Part shown: positions 52,060-63,690 of the stretch, one piece after another
Layout: the number at the start of each line of letters is the position of its first letter
How positions within the stretch are numbered: the first letter of the stretch is position 1
From: Chiloscyllium plagiosum
Lineage: Eukaryota
Assembly (NCBI RefSeq): GCF_004010195.1
Contig: NC_057720.1
Span: forward strand, 6,033,273 to 6,097,272
Direction of reading: 5' to 3'
Length of the DNA stretch: 64,000 nt
The notes under the pieces: model-generated
What the model saw: only the letters and a program-made list of their open reading frames with translations
Database searches by the model: none
Told to the model about the DNA's origin: nothing
Translations under genes and position numbers: made by a program

Positions 52060-52950
52060 TTTTAAAGAAAACAATGTTGAAGGTTTGCTTCAGTTTTTAA
52101 AAGCAAGTTACCTGACACTCATTGTAAGCACTGTTTACACAGCTGCTTGTTCAAGCAATGGGGATGTCTAGTTTAAAATAAGCTGGAGCCAAGGGAGGCT
52201 GTGTACAAATGGAGCTTTGGCTGGCAACAAGAACTGATAGGTTTATGGACTGCTGACCTGCTAACTCCGACAAAGCCTTCCCGCCTGCCGACACAATGTG
52301 ATTGGCTCCCTGGTAGCAGAACAGTTTGGAGTGTGAATATAGTTAGAAATCATCAGACCCTCAAAAAGGGAACAAGTTGTTTTTACTCTGCACTAAAAAA
52401 ACTCAAGCCTCAAGAAAACCCATCTATTTCCTACTTTATAGAAAATTCTATCTATTTGTATAAAAGGCAGAGACTTTTACAAGTATGTAACAGTCAACCC
52501 ATGCCTCTTACAACCGACATGAAGTATCTGGAGCAGGAAGATTGTGAAGCAGCATTCTGATCAGGATTCAGATAATCTCAGTCAACCTGTTGATAGGGTG
52601 TATGCAACCACCTTTCCTGTCTTTCCCTCCATCTGTAATCACCAATTTCGGTCATCTGTCTGTGTCTGTCTGAGTCTGGTTATATATGCACGTTTAACAA
52701 TGAAGGCTTATTATTAAGTTAAAATTTTAACTAGTACCATTACAAGTTGACTGTTCATAATTATATGCATGTGGGTAGAATAATTTATTTGCAATAAATA
52801 GTAGTTCCTGTCACAGACAGCAATCTAGTCCTTGACTTTTGTTAACCAAGGTTGGAAAGACAGGTAAATTTGGGAAATTCTTTAACTTTTGTGATGGTTC
52901 CGGGAATAATGGAGTTGGATTTCCAATACACTATCCCGGTGCAGGGTGAC
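52060..52950 (+). mobile_element. Possible solo LTR
   Basis: AATAAA near 52793, ends GGTGACA; sits between the arms of a local inverted duplication. Left boundary uncertain. Confidence 0.35.
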
Positions 52951-53067
52951 ATATAATGAAAATAATCCACTTTATTTCTCAAGCTGCTTAATATCCTGAA
53001 ACAATTTAAACCCAGGGGAAATTGCCCCCAGCATGGGATTCCCCTGGAAATAAGCAATAGAGTGAAA

Positions 53068-53294
53068 TGAGATTAGATTCCCTACAGTGTAAAAACAGGC
53101 CCTTCAGCCCAACATCTCCACACTGACCCTCTAATTCACCTGGTCTGCACATCTTTGGACTGTGGGAGGAAGCCCATGCAGAGACAGGGAGAATGTGCAA
53201 CCTCCACACAGACAGTCACCTGAGGACAGGAATTGAATCTGGGACCCTGGTGCTGTGAGGCGGCAGTGCTAACCACTGAGCCACCATGCTGCCC
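53068..53294 (-). mobile_element. HE1-like V-SINE (internally deleted)
   Basis: GATTAGATTCCCTACAGTGT tail; tRNA head ending CCATGCTGCCC. Confidence 0.85.
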
Positions 53295-54441
53295 ATTAAG
53301 AAACTGGACCCACCCAGCAGAGTTTTCCCATTTCAGTGCATATAGAAAATTATAAGATCTTTAAATGCATTCATTTCTTTCACAGTCAGATTGTATTGAG
53401 GAATTCATTGTTGCCTCTCATCTCCTTCAAGGCCTGGGAGTTGGTTAACTCAGTTGGCTGAACAGCTGGTTTGTAACACGTAGTGAAACCAACAGTCTTT
53501 CACTTGCATTTTCCTGAGATTCAGAAGCAACACCTTCAAATTCCTTCTGTCTTTGTGTTTCCTGGAGCTATTGAATGATAGCATCAGGGCTAAAGATTGC
53601 AGGAACTCTCCAGAAATGTTTTACAGGTGCAATGGTACTATGGCTTTAAGAGGCATATTTTATCCTGGCTTTTATATGAAGAGGGGTTGAGACAGAGGTG
53701 CCAAGTGGTTGACTCAATGCGTGGGGTCACTCTCCCACCAGAAGCAGGAATTTCAGTTTAGCTTTCTACCATTGTTGGAGTCTTGAAGGTGGATGTGAAA
53801 GCTTTTATTTCTCTCTCTGTTAGAGCTCAAAGCTGGGATGCTCTTCCTGCTGTTGGAATTGCATCAATTTTACTGAATTTGCCTTTGACAAGGCTGTGTT
53901 TACGGCATGTTACTGTATTGGAACAGTTAACTAGGAGTAATTATTTAGTTAATAGTGAAGTCAAGTTACAGTTAAGCTGATTCTTTTCTTTACTTTTTTA
54001 TTTTGTCTGTATTTTAGCTATGGTACAAAATAAAGCATGTTCTGTTTAAAATTGAGTGGTTTGACCAATTGAATTACACCTGGAATGCAATGCCTTACAC
54101 TTATCTTTAAAATAAGTAAAAGTTAGGTCTAGGCTACCTTCGTAATATATACAGCGGGAGTTTGGTCTTGTCCATAATACAGGGTAGAATGGGTGCAGAG
54201 AAGATGTTCCCACTAGTAGGAGAGACAAGGACCCGAGGGCGAAGCCTCAGAGTGAAGGGACGACCCATTAGAACTGAGATGAGCAGGGATTTTTTCAGCC
54301 AGAGGGTAGGGAAACTGTGGAGCGCATTGCTGCGGGAGGTTATGGAGGCCAAGTCATTGAGTGTCTTTAAATCAGAGATAGATAATGTCTTGATTAGTAA
54401 GGGGTGCAAGGGAGAGGCAGGAGAGTGGGGTTGAGAAATAT

Positions 54442-54573
54442 ATCAAGATTAGAATGGTGCTGGAGCAGGTCAGGCAGCATCCGAGGTACTGGAAAATCAA
54501 CATTTTGGGCAAAAGCCCTTCACCACTGTAATCTTGACTCTAATCTCCAGCATCTGCAGTACCCATCTCCGCC
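54442..54573. mobile_element. Family A fold-back mini-element at the end of a CR1 fragment (54178-54441, plus)
   Basis: 11-bp TSD TTGAGAAATAT at 54431-54441 and 54574-54584. Confidence 0.85.
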
Positions 54574-54719
54574 TTGAGAAATATGTAATCTGTTCACTCC
54601 GGAGGTTCCCAATTGGGAGGAATGGCTTTCAAAAGCACCACAGTACCTGATAAATTACCCAGACTCTGACTGAGAAAACTGAGCTGAACACACAGAGGTC
54701 ACTTTCCCTCCATTATCCT

Positions 54720-55340
54720 GTCATCTACTTAGAAAGCATTCTATCTGGATGTATCACAGTGTGGAATGGCAACTGCATTTCCCAAGACCGCAAGAAACTA
54801 TGGAGAGTCATGAACACAGCCCAGACCATCACTCAAACCTGCTTCAATCCATCAATTCCATCTGTACTTCCCACTGCCTCAGGAAAGCAACCAACATATT
54901 CAGACCCCCCCACCCCAGTTACACTCTTTTCCCTGCTCTTCCATTGGGCAGAGGATATAGAAGTTTGAATACATGCATGAACAGATTCAAGAATATGGAT
55001 ACATGGATAGGAAAGGATTAGAAAAATAAATATGGGCCAAGTGCAGGGAAATGGGGTTGGCGTGGATGGACAATTTGGTCAGTATGGACCAGTTTGGACC
55101 AAAGGGCTGTAGGGCTCTATGACTCTAAGAACAGCTTTCCCCCTGCTGTTATCAGACTTTTAAATGGATTTCTCAAATATTAATGTTGATCTCTCTCTCT
55201 GCACCTTCTCTGTGGCTGTAACACTGTATTCTACACTCTGTTCTGCTACCCTGATACTACAATCTAGCTGTAGAGTACGCAAAACAACACTCTTCACTGC
55301 ATCTCAGTACATGTGACAACAATAAATCAAACTCAAACTC
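54720..55340 (+). mobile_element. Rex1/Babar-type LINE 3' end with a CR1 tail inserted (~54995-55125)
   Basis: ESILSGCITVWNGNCISQDRKKLWRVMNTAQTIT (DUF1891-like C-terminus); GTGACAACAATAAATCAAA tail. Confidence 0.78.
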
Positions 55341-55599
55341 AAACATGGACCTAGCAGTAATAATTAAAATTGATGGTGGATAAAATACTTACGAGAAAAC
55401 CCATCTGAAGTGACAAATCATTCCCATTCTGCAAGGTTCCAATAATAGTAGGGAAATGCTGATCCTACAATTCTCCAGTGCCTGCCATGACCACATGGGG
55501 TCCCAACATACTAAGCAGCCAATGAAAAACAGTTTTAATATATGCGGTCACTTTCATAATGCAGGAAACATGGCAATCAATTTTGGTGCCAGCAAACTG

Positions 55600-55890
55600 T
55601 GGGACGGCTCAGTGGTTAGAGCTATCCCCTCATACCACCAGGGTCCCAGGTTCGATTCCAACCCCCGACAGACTGTCTGTGTGGAGTTTGCACATTCTCC
55701 CCATGTCTGTGTGGGTTTCCTCCAGCTGCTTTAGTTTCCTCCCACAGTCCAAAGATGTGGAGGTGAGCTGGATTGGCTGTGGAAGTGCAGGGTTACAGGG
55801 ATAGGGTGGTGGAGTGGTGAGTTCTTCAAAGGGTTAGTGTGGACTCAGTGGGCTGAAGGGTCTGCTTCCACACTGTAGGAATTCCTTGAA
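55600..55890 (+). mobile_element. HE1-like V-SINE
   Basis: GGCTCAGTGGTTAG, GGTTCGATTCC and V-domain. Confidence 0.85.
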
Positions 55891-56334
55891 ACTCCCTTGC
55901 ATAGCAATCTGATAGAGGACTGGTAGTCTGACGGAGCAATGTAATCCAAGGACAGAAAGAAACAGAGTTCCAAAGAAGTCATCTACCAGACTCAAAATGT
56001 TAACTCTGTTTCTCTCTCCATTGATGCTGCCAGACCTGCTGAGTTTCTCCAGCATTTTCAGATTTCCAGCATGTGCTTCTTGAAGGATTAATATTGGCCA
56101 GATGTAACATTTTCAAGAAGCCCTTGAGGCTGAATTTCCATTACATTTCAGAAAAATAATTCAAAGTTTGAACACACAGTGAGCTTGTCAGTGCATGATG
56201 CTTGTTTGGCATTTTTAATGTGACAGGATTAAAATAACGCTACCAGGATGTTGCAAAGCCATCATGTGTCATAGAAGCAGACAGGACAGAAGAGGCCCTT
56301 CAGCCTATCGAGTCCTACTACCTATAATTGTCTC

Positions 56335-57865
56335 ACTTTAACTTTGCATCAGTTTTTACTGTGGAAAAGGATATGAAAGATATAGACTGTAGGGAAATAG
56401 ATGGTGACATCTTGCAAAATGTCCAGATTACAGAGGAGGAAGTGCTGGATGTCTTGAAATGGTTAAAGGTGGATAAATCCCCAGGACCTGATCAGGTGTA
56501 CCCGAGAACTCTGTGGGAAGCTAGAGAAGTGATTGCTGGGCCTCTTGCTGAGATATTTGTGTCATCGATAGTCACAGGTGAGGTGTCGAAAGACTGGAGG
56601 TAGGCAAACGTGGTGCCACTGTTTAAGAAGGGCGGTAAAGACAAGCCAGGGAACTATAGACCAGTGAGCCTGACCTCAGTGGTGGGCAAGTTGTTGGAGG
56701 GAATCCTGAGGGACAGAATGTACATGTATTTGGAAAGGCAAGGACTGATTAGGGATAGTGAACATGGCTTTGTGCGTGGGAAATCATGTCTCACACACTT
56801 GATTGAGTTTTTTGAAGAAGTAACAAAGAAGATTGATGAGGGCAGAGCAGTACATGTGATCTATATGGACTTCAGTAAAGCATTCGACGAGGTTCCCCAT
56901 GGGAGACTGCTTAGCAAGGTTAGAACTAGCCATTTGGATACAGAACTGGCTCAAAGATAGAAGACAGAGGGTGGTGGTGGAGGGTTGTTTTTCAGACTGG
57001 AGGCCTGTGACCAGTGGAGTGCCACAAGGATCGGTGCTGGGCCCTCTACTTTTTGTCATTTACATAAATGATTTGGATGTGAGCATAAGAGGTACAGTTA
57101 GTAAGTTTGCAGATGACACCAAAATTGGAGGTGTAGTGTACAGTGAAGAGGGATTTGGACCAGATGGACCAATGGGCTGAGAAGTGGCAGATGGAGTTTA
57201 AATCAGATAAATGTGAGGTGCTGCATTTTGGGAAAGCAAATATTTGTAGGACTTATACACTTAATTGTAAGATCCTAGGGAGTGTTGCTGCTGTACAGGA
57301 CATTGGTTAAGCCACTATTGGAGTATTTCGTGCAATTCTGGTCTCCTTCCTATCGGAAAGATGTTGTTAAACTTGAAAGGGTTCAGAAAAAATTTACAAA
57401 GACGTTGCCAGGGTTGGAGGATTTGAGCTATGGGGAGAGGCTGAACAGGCTGGGGCTGTTTTCCCTGGAGCGTCGGAGGCTGAGGGGTGATCTTATAGAG
57501 GTTTACAAAATTATGAGGGACATGGATAGGATAAATAGAAAAAAGCCTTTTCCCTGGGTTCGGGGAGTCCAGAACTAGAGGGCATGGGTTTAGGGTGAGA
57601 GGGGAACGATATAAAAGAGATCTAAGGGGCAACTTTTTCACATACGTGTATGGAATGAGCTACCAGAGGAAGTGGTGGAGGCTGGTACAATTGCAACATT
57701 TAAGAGGCATTTGGATGGGTATATGAATAGGAAGGGTTTGGAGGGATATGGGCCGGGTGCTGACAGGTGGGACTAGTATGGGTTGGGATATCTTCATCGG
57801 CATGGGCGGGTTGGACCGAAGGGTCTGTTTCCATGCTGTACATCTCTATGACTCTATGATTCTAT
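56335..57865 (+). mobile_element. 5'-truncated CR1/HER1-type LINE with internal deletions
   Basis: ORFs 56328-57578 give [26 protein letters not shown] and [31 protein letters not shown] tail. Confidence 0.93.
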
Positions 57866-58244
57866 GACTAGGTCCATAGCCTTGAATGTTCTGACATTTC
57901 AAATGCTTATCCAAGTACTTTTGAGGTTTCCTGCCTCAATGACTTTACCGGGCAGTGCATTCCAGACTCCCACCACCCTCTGGATGAAAAATATGTCCCA
58001 CAAATCCCCTTGGCACCTGCTGCCTTTTGGTTTAACATTATGCCCCCGTGTTATTGACCCTTTGATTAAAAGAAGCTCTTGTTTTCTGTGCAGCCTGTTG
58101 ATGCCGTCACAATCTGATGCACCTCAGATACACCTCTCCCCTCTTCATGGTGTTTCACTTTCATCAGAACTAAGCAAACTGCACAGTGTGGAAATACCCC
58201 TCTCCGAAAGGTTACAGCCCGGCCTGCACAGTAGAAAATTGTTG

Positions 58245-58425
58245 GTTGACAGGCAGGAGGCTGGGAGAACACAGCAAGCCAGGCATCATCAGGAGGTGGA
58301 GACGTCGACGTTTCAGGTGTAACCCTTACTCAGGACCCCTGATGCTGCCTAGATTGCTATGTTCTCCCAGTGTCCTACCTGTCTACCTTGGATTCTGGCA
58401 TCTGCAGTTTTCTTGTCTCGAACCA
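58245..58425. mobile_element. Family C fold-back mini-element
   Basis: Inverted arms; 15-bp TSD AGTAGAAAATT(G/A)TTG at 58230-58244 and 58426-58440. Confidence 0.88.
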
Positions 58426-58611
58426 AGTAGAAAATTATTGTCTGTTGCTTCGCACCATTGAGTCTGTCTGAGGAATATCTACAACCTCTGGCGTGAGGGC
58501 TGTTCTACTGTGGTGGTTGCGTCCCCACGTCTGAGCCAGGAGGTCTGGCTTTGGGTCCTACCTTCCATGGAGATGGGTCATAAACCTCCTGAACAGGTTG
58601 ATTAAAAATAT

Positions 58612-59122
58612 CTGGATCAGTGGTGCTGGAAGAGCGCAGCAATTCAGGCAGCATCCAACGAGCAGCAAAATCGACGTTTCGGGCAAAAGCCCTTCATCAG
58701 GAATAAAGGCAGTGAGCCTGAAGCGTGCAGAGATAAGCTAGGGGAGGGTGGGGGTAGGGAGAAAGTAGCATAGAGTACGGGGAAGGGGAAATGAGGAAGC
58801 TGTTGAAGTCCACATTGATGCCCTGGGGTTGAAGTGTTCCGAGGCGGAAGATGAGGGGTTCTTCCTCCAGGCGTCTGGTGGTGAGGGAGCGGCGGTGAAG
58901 GAGGCCCAGGACCTCCATGTCCTCGGCAGAGTGGGAGGGGGAGTTAAAATGTTGGGCCACGGGGTGGTTTGGTTCATTGGTGTGGGTGTCTCGGAGATGT
59001 TCCCTAAAGCGCTCTGCTAGGAGGTGCGCAGTCTCCCCAATGTAGAGGAGACTGCATCGGGAGCAACGGATACAATAAATGATATTAGTGGATGTGCAGG
59101 TAAAACTTTGATGGATGTGGAA
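58612..59122 (-). mobile_element. Penelope-like 3' fragment encoding the GIY-YIG endonuclease domain
   Basis: ORF 58697-59152: FTCTSTNIIYCIRCSRCSLLYIGETAHLLAERFREH and GTLQPQGINVD. Confidence 0.93.
58671..58702 (-). ncRNA. Intact minimal hammerhead ribozyme motif (family A type)
   Basis: Minus strand UC-CUGAUGA-A-GGGC(UUUU)GCCC-GAAACGUC-GA: GUC triplet, palindromic ACGU at stem III, short stem I. Confidence 0.75.
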
Positions 59123-59254
59123 CCTACAAGCTCTGATGTGAGGCAATATCACTTTGGATCATTAGATGGCAGTCTTATCCGTGATCCAGAATGTCATGCT
59201 CCAATTCTGGAATCCACATTAAAGGAGGACGAATGTGGTTGCTCTAGAGGCGGT

Positions 59255-59700
59255 GCTGAGGTGGTTTACCAGGATGTTGTCCTGGGCTGGAGAGCTTCAG
59301 AGATGAAGAGAGATTGGGCACACTGGGGGAACATGATTGAGATGGAGAAAGTTTTGAGGGGCATTGAGAAAGTAGAAAGAAAGAAACCTTTTCCCGAGAT
59401 GGAAGGATCAATGTCCAGGGGGTATAGATTTAAGGTAAGAAGGCAGAAGATATAGAGGTGGACATGATGGAAAACATTTTCACCCAGAGGTGTTGGAAAT
59501 CTGGAACCCACTGCCTATAAGGGTGGGAGAGGCAGAAACACTCATCATATCAACAGAGTATTTAGATGTGCATTGGTGATGCAAGTCATACAAGGCCAAT
59601 GCTGGAAAATGGGGACAAAATAGTTAGGTAGTTGTTTTTAGCTGGCATGGATACAATGGGCTGAAGGGCCTTCACTATGCTTTGATCTCTATGACTCTGC
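59255..59700 (+). mobile_element. Old CR1 3' end
   Basis: TTTACCAGGATGTTG, SRGYRFKVR-like peptide and CTATGACTCT tail. Confidence 0.78.
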
Positions 59701-60434
59701 GAAGATTAGTGGATATAACCTAGGCCAGTTCTCTGGGACAGGAACAATGGAGTGTCAATGTATCAAAGAGAACATTCTTTGTACAGAGAAGTCCAACTTT
59801 TCCCTTTATTTATTCATTGATTGTAAGGTGGCAAGGTGCGAATTTATTGCCCATCCCTAGTAGTCCCTTGAGAAGGTGTTGGTGGGCTGCCTTCTTGAAC
59901 CAATGCAATCAATGTGCTGTAGGTAGACCCATGGTTCTGGCAGGGAAGGAGTTCCGGGATTTTGACCGAGTGACACTCAAGGAACAGGGGTATATTTCAG
60001 GGTGATGTGTGGCTTGGAGAGAAAATGACATAGTGGTGTTCCCATGCATCTGCTGCCCCTTATTCTTCCAGGTGGCAGACGGGGCAGGTTTTGAAGGTAC
60101 CGACCTAGAGATTAATTTCCAGTTCCTTAAGGGCTGGCAAACCATCTCTGTAAATATAAGACCCAAAAACTGAACAGATCCTCAATCATATTTGACTTAG
60201 CATTTCACACATGAGGAATCCAAATGAATGTTTGCCAAGCAATAGACTTTGCAAATGTAATTATGGAAATAAATCAAAGTAGGTTTCAATTTGTCTCTCA
60301 AGTGCCAAGGAGTGTTGGTGAATCACTGCAGTGTAACTTGTATACAGTGCACAGCTACCACTTTGTATTCATGATAAAGGGGTGAAACTGTCTGAATAAG
60401 TTGATAGGATACAATCAAAGTGGTTGCTTTATTA

Positions 60435-60915
60435 AATTTGATTTGATTTATTATTGTTGCATGTACCTTGGTACAGTGAAAAGTTTTGCTTTGCGTACTG
60501 AACAGGCAGATTACACCATACAAAGTGCCTTAGAACAGAATAAGGAATACAATGCTCTGGCTACAGAAAAGGTGCACAAACAGCAAGATCAACATTACAT
60601 TTAAAATTTGAGAAGTCCATTCAGAAATCTAATAACAGCGGGGAAGTAGCTGTTCTTGAATCTGTTGGTACACGTGTTTAAGCTTTTGTATCTTTTGCCC
60701 TATGGAAGAGGTTGCAAGAGATAATAACCGGGGTGGGAGGGGGCTATGATGATGTTGGCTGCCTTCCCAAGGCAGTGAGAAGTCACTGGATCGAAGGTTG
60801 ACCTCCGTGATGGACTGGGCTGTATTCACAACTCTCTGTCGTTTCTTACTGTCTTTAGCAGAGGAGTCGCTGTCCCAAGTTGTGATGTATCTGGATAGAA
60901 TGCTCTCTATGATGC
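60435..60915 (-). mobile_element. Rex1/Babar-type LINE 3' end
   Basis: ORF 60629-60829 (NTAQSIT); ATTTGATTTGATTTATTATTG tail. Confidence 0.78.
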
Positions 60916-61319
60916 ATTGATGGTGTCTTGGTTAGTGCTGAGCTTTCGCAGTGATGCCCTTGGTGAGGCTGAGGCATTGTCGTAATGTACCAATCGAGAT
61001 CCTCAGACTAGACACATAGAGCTGGAGTAGGCCAATTGGCCCTTTGAGCCTGGTCCATCATTCAATTTGATGGTGACTGCCCCTTCAACTCAATGCTATA
61101 TGTTTGCTTTATCTTCATATCCCTTGATCTCCTTAAAATCTAAAAACTTATCTTTCATTTTCCTGAATATAACCAGTGACTTGGCCTCCACAGCCTTCTG
61201 TGGTAGAGAATTCCTCAGCTTTGCTATCCTTTTTCTTCTCAGTCCGAACTGGATGTGGCAGGACTATGGAGCTTGGAACTGATCCATCAAACTTGGGATC
61301 ACTTAGCTCTGTCTACCCG

Positions 61320-61760
61320 GAATAAAAAGCTAGTCTGAGCAATGGACCCATGAAGCTATCTCCAACTGTTGTAAAAACCCAGCTGATTTACTTATGTCTT
61401 TTTGGGGATTAACATCTGCCATCCTTAACATGGTCTATTTGTTCATGAGAGTGAATAATATTTTTATTATCTGAGCAATTAATAACCTGTAGGCCAGAAG
61501 CAGTGCAACAAATGATCAAATAAAGCCCCTTGGTGTGGGATATTTCACTTCCTGAGTGGGTATACAAACAGGATGTTGCAGCATTAATGTCCATTTTTAC
61601 AGCGCCTACATGTGACTCCAGACACACAGCAATGTAGTTGACACTTAGTTGCCTTCTGAAATAGTTTGAGCAAGCCATTCACATGACGGGAAATTGGGGG
61701 TGGGGAACAGATGCTCGCCTTGATGCCAATACCCACATTCTTTCAAAGGACAAAATAAAA
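61320..61760 (+). mobile_element. Second-family SINE interrupted by an inverted copy of downstream DNA
   Basis: CTGCCATCCTTAACATGGTCT|insert|GCCTACATGTGACTCCAGA. Confidence 0.75.
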
Positions 61761-63429
61761 ATGGGCTTGTTGATTTGATTTGAACTGGCAGTGTTCTGGC
61801 TTAGCGGCAGAAACAGCACCTCACCAAATCACAATTCCTCCAACCTCATTGGCTGTAACATGCAGTCACTGTTACCGTAAAAGGCACTATAAAAATGCAA
61901 GTCTTCCTTTCTCTGATTGGTACCCTAATGCTGCAATATTCTGTTTGTATACCCACTCAGGAAGTGAAATATCCCATGCAAAGGGGCTTTATTTGATCGT
62001 TTGCTGCACTGCTTCTGTCCTGAAGGTTATTAATTGCTCAGATAATAAAAATATCATTCACTCCTGTTGAACAAATAGACAATTTATTAAAAGGAAGCTT
62101 TGGACCAATTTAACCGCCTGCTTAACACATGCCATATTTTTTTAAAATTAAAATTTATTGGAAAACAGAGCAGTTCAGATAGGTCTAATGCATGCAGGAA
62201 TATATCAGTAAGATAATACAATCATAATTATTCTTGGATAAGTGAGGTTGGATCTCTGCAAAGATTAGATCTGCAATGTGCACACCATCAGCATATTAAC
62301 AGCCCGTGAGATGTATTGTTATCCCACTTTCTCCCTACTTACTGTGTGCGGCACTCACTGGTTCATGGCCAGCCGAGGACCTGGCTCTCAGTTTGTTTGA
62401 TTCCTTGAAGGGAATGTTACATTCAATCAAAAATCAGCTGTTATTTGATTGTTTATCGGCGTGCTGGCCAACATAGGATTCAAGTAAAGCACCCCTGAGG
62501 AAAACCTCTCCCAGCCACCTGCCTAACTTGGCGAGAGCGAACTTCCACTGAGCTTGTGCAATCTGTTTAATGCCCGCTTGCAAACCCAGAGGCACAGGCC
62601 AGCTTTTGAGACCAAGCTACAGCCATGACTGTGTTCTTTGCAAATATAAAGAGCCAAGCTGCAATGTAAACCTTCAGGAAATTAACGTAATCCTCATTAA
62701 AGGAGCTAATACCTTGAGGGATGGCCCACAGACAATGACCCAATACGTAACGGTGAGATGTTCATTTCCAATTTTCATTGAATTAACCGGAGTTTGGCAT
62801 GTTGAGTGGCCAAATTATTGCTGTGCATATGTGCTGCCATCTGTTAGAGTTGGTATCACTTGTACTTTAAGGCTCAGGTGGTGTTGGCTGTTTGCCTAGC
62901 ACTATCTGTCTAGTCAAGGAAAAAAACCAGCAACACTTAAGAGACAAATTGACCCATACTTTGATTTATTTCCAGGAATAGATCTCATTCGCAAAGCCTA
63001 TTGTTTGGCAGCCATTCGTTCAGCATTTTCACGCATGAGAAATCCAAGTTAATATGCTTGAGGATCTGTTCATTCTTTGGGTTATTTGAGACTTTTTATT
63101 TGCAAGTAGGGTTGCCAACCTAAGAGGAACTGGAGATTAATCTCCAGGACACTTGCTGTGAACAACCAGAGAGAAAAATCATTGGGACGTGAACTAAATT
63201 GTACTTTTTCTCCATCTCTCTTTGAATGGTTTGGCTTAGTCATAGTGAAAATGTTGAAGACGGTGGGGGAGAAGGCTGTTTAATGGGGAGTTAGGAGTCA
63301 CCTGTAGAGTTTTGATTGTCTCTAAGGATACGATTCACTTTGGCAACGATCCTTTTGTGTGAAAGTTGCTGAGAGGGTGGAATTGACAGTGGAAGTGGTG
63401 ATTAAGCATCTAGGAATGCGCTGACTAAC

Positions 63430-63690
63430 AGCAACAACTATGCTTTTGTGGCATCTTTAACATAATGAAATGTTCCTCCCAGGCAGCTCACAGGAGCAAA
63501 AATACACACTGGGGCCACATCAGACGATGTTAGGACAGATGACCTGCTCAAAGGTTTGGTTTTAAGGAAGGCCTTAAAAGAGAAATGCGAGATCGTGAGG
63601 CAGAGAGGTTTAAAGAGCATTTGAACCTAGGAGGTTGAAATCATGATCACCAACACTGATATGATAAAAATTAGGGAGACTAATTAGAAT
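63430..63690 (-). mobile_element. Old L2-type LINE 3' end
   Basis: CAACAACTATGCTTTTGTGG...GGTTTTAAGGAAGGCCTTAAA pattern recalled as typical of L2 tails. Confidence 0.5.
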
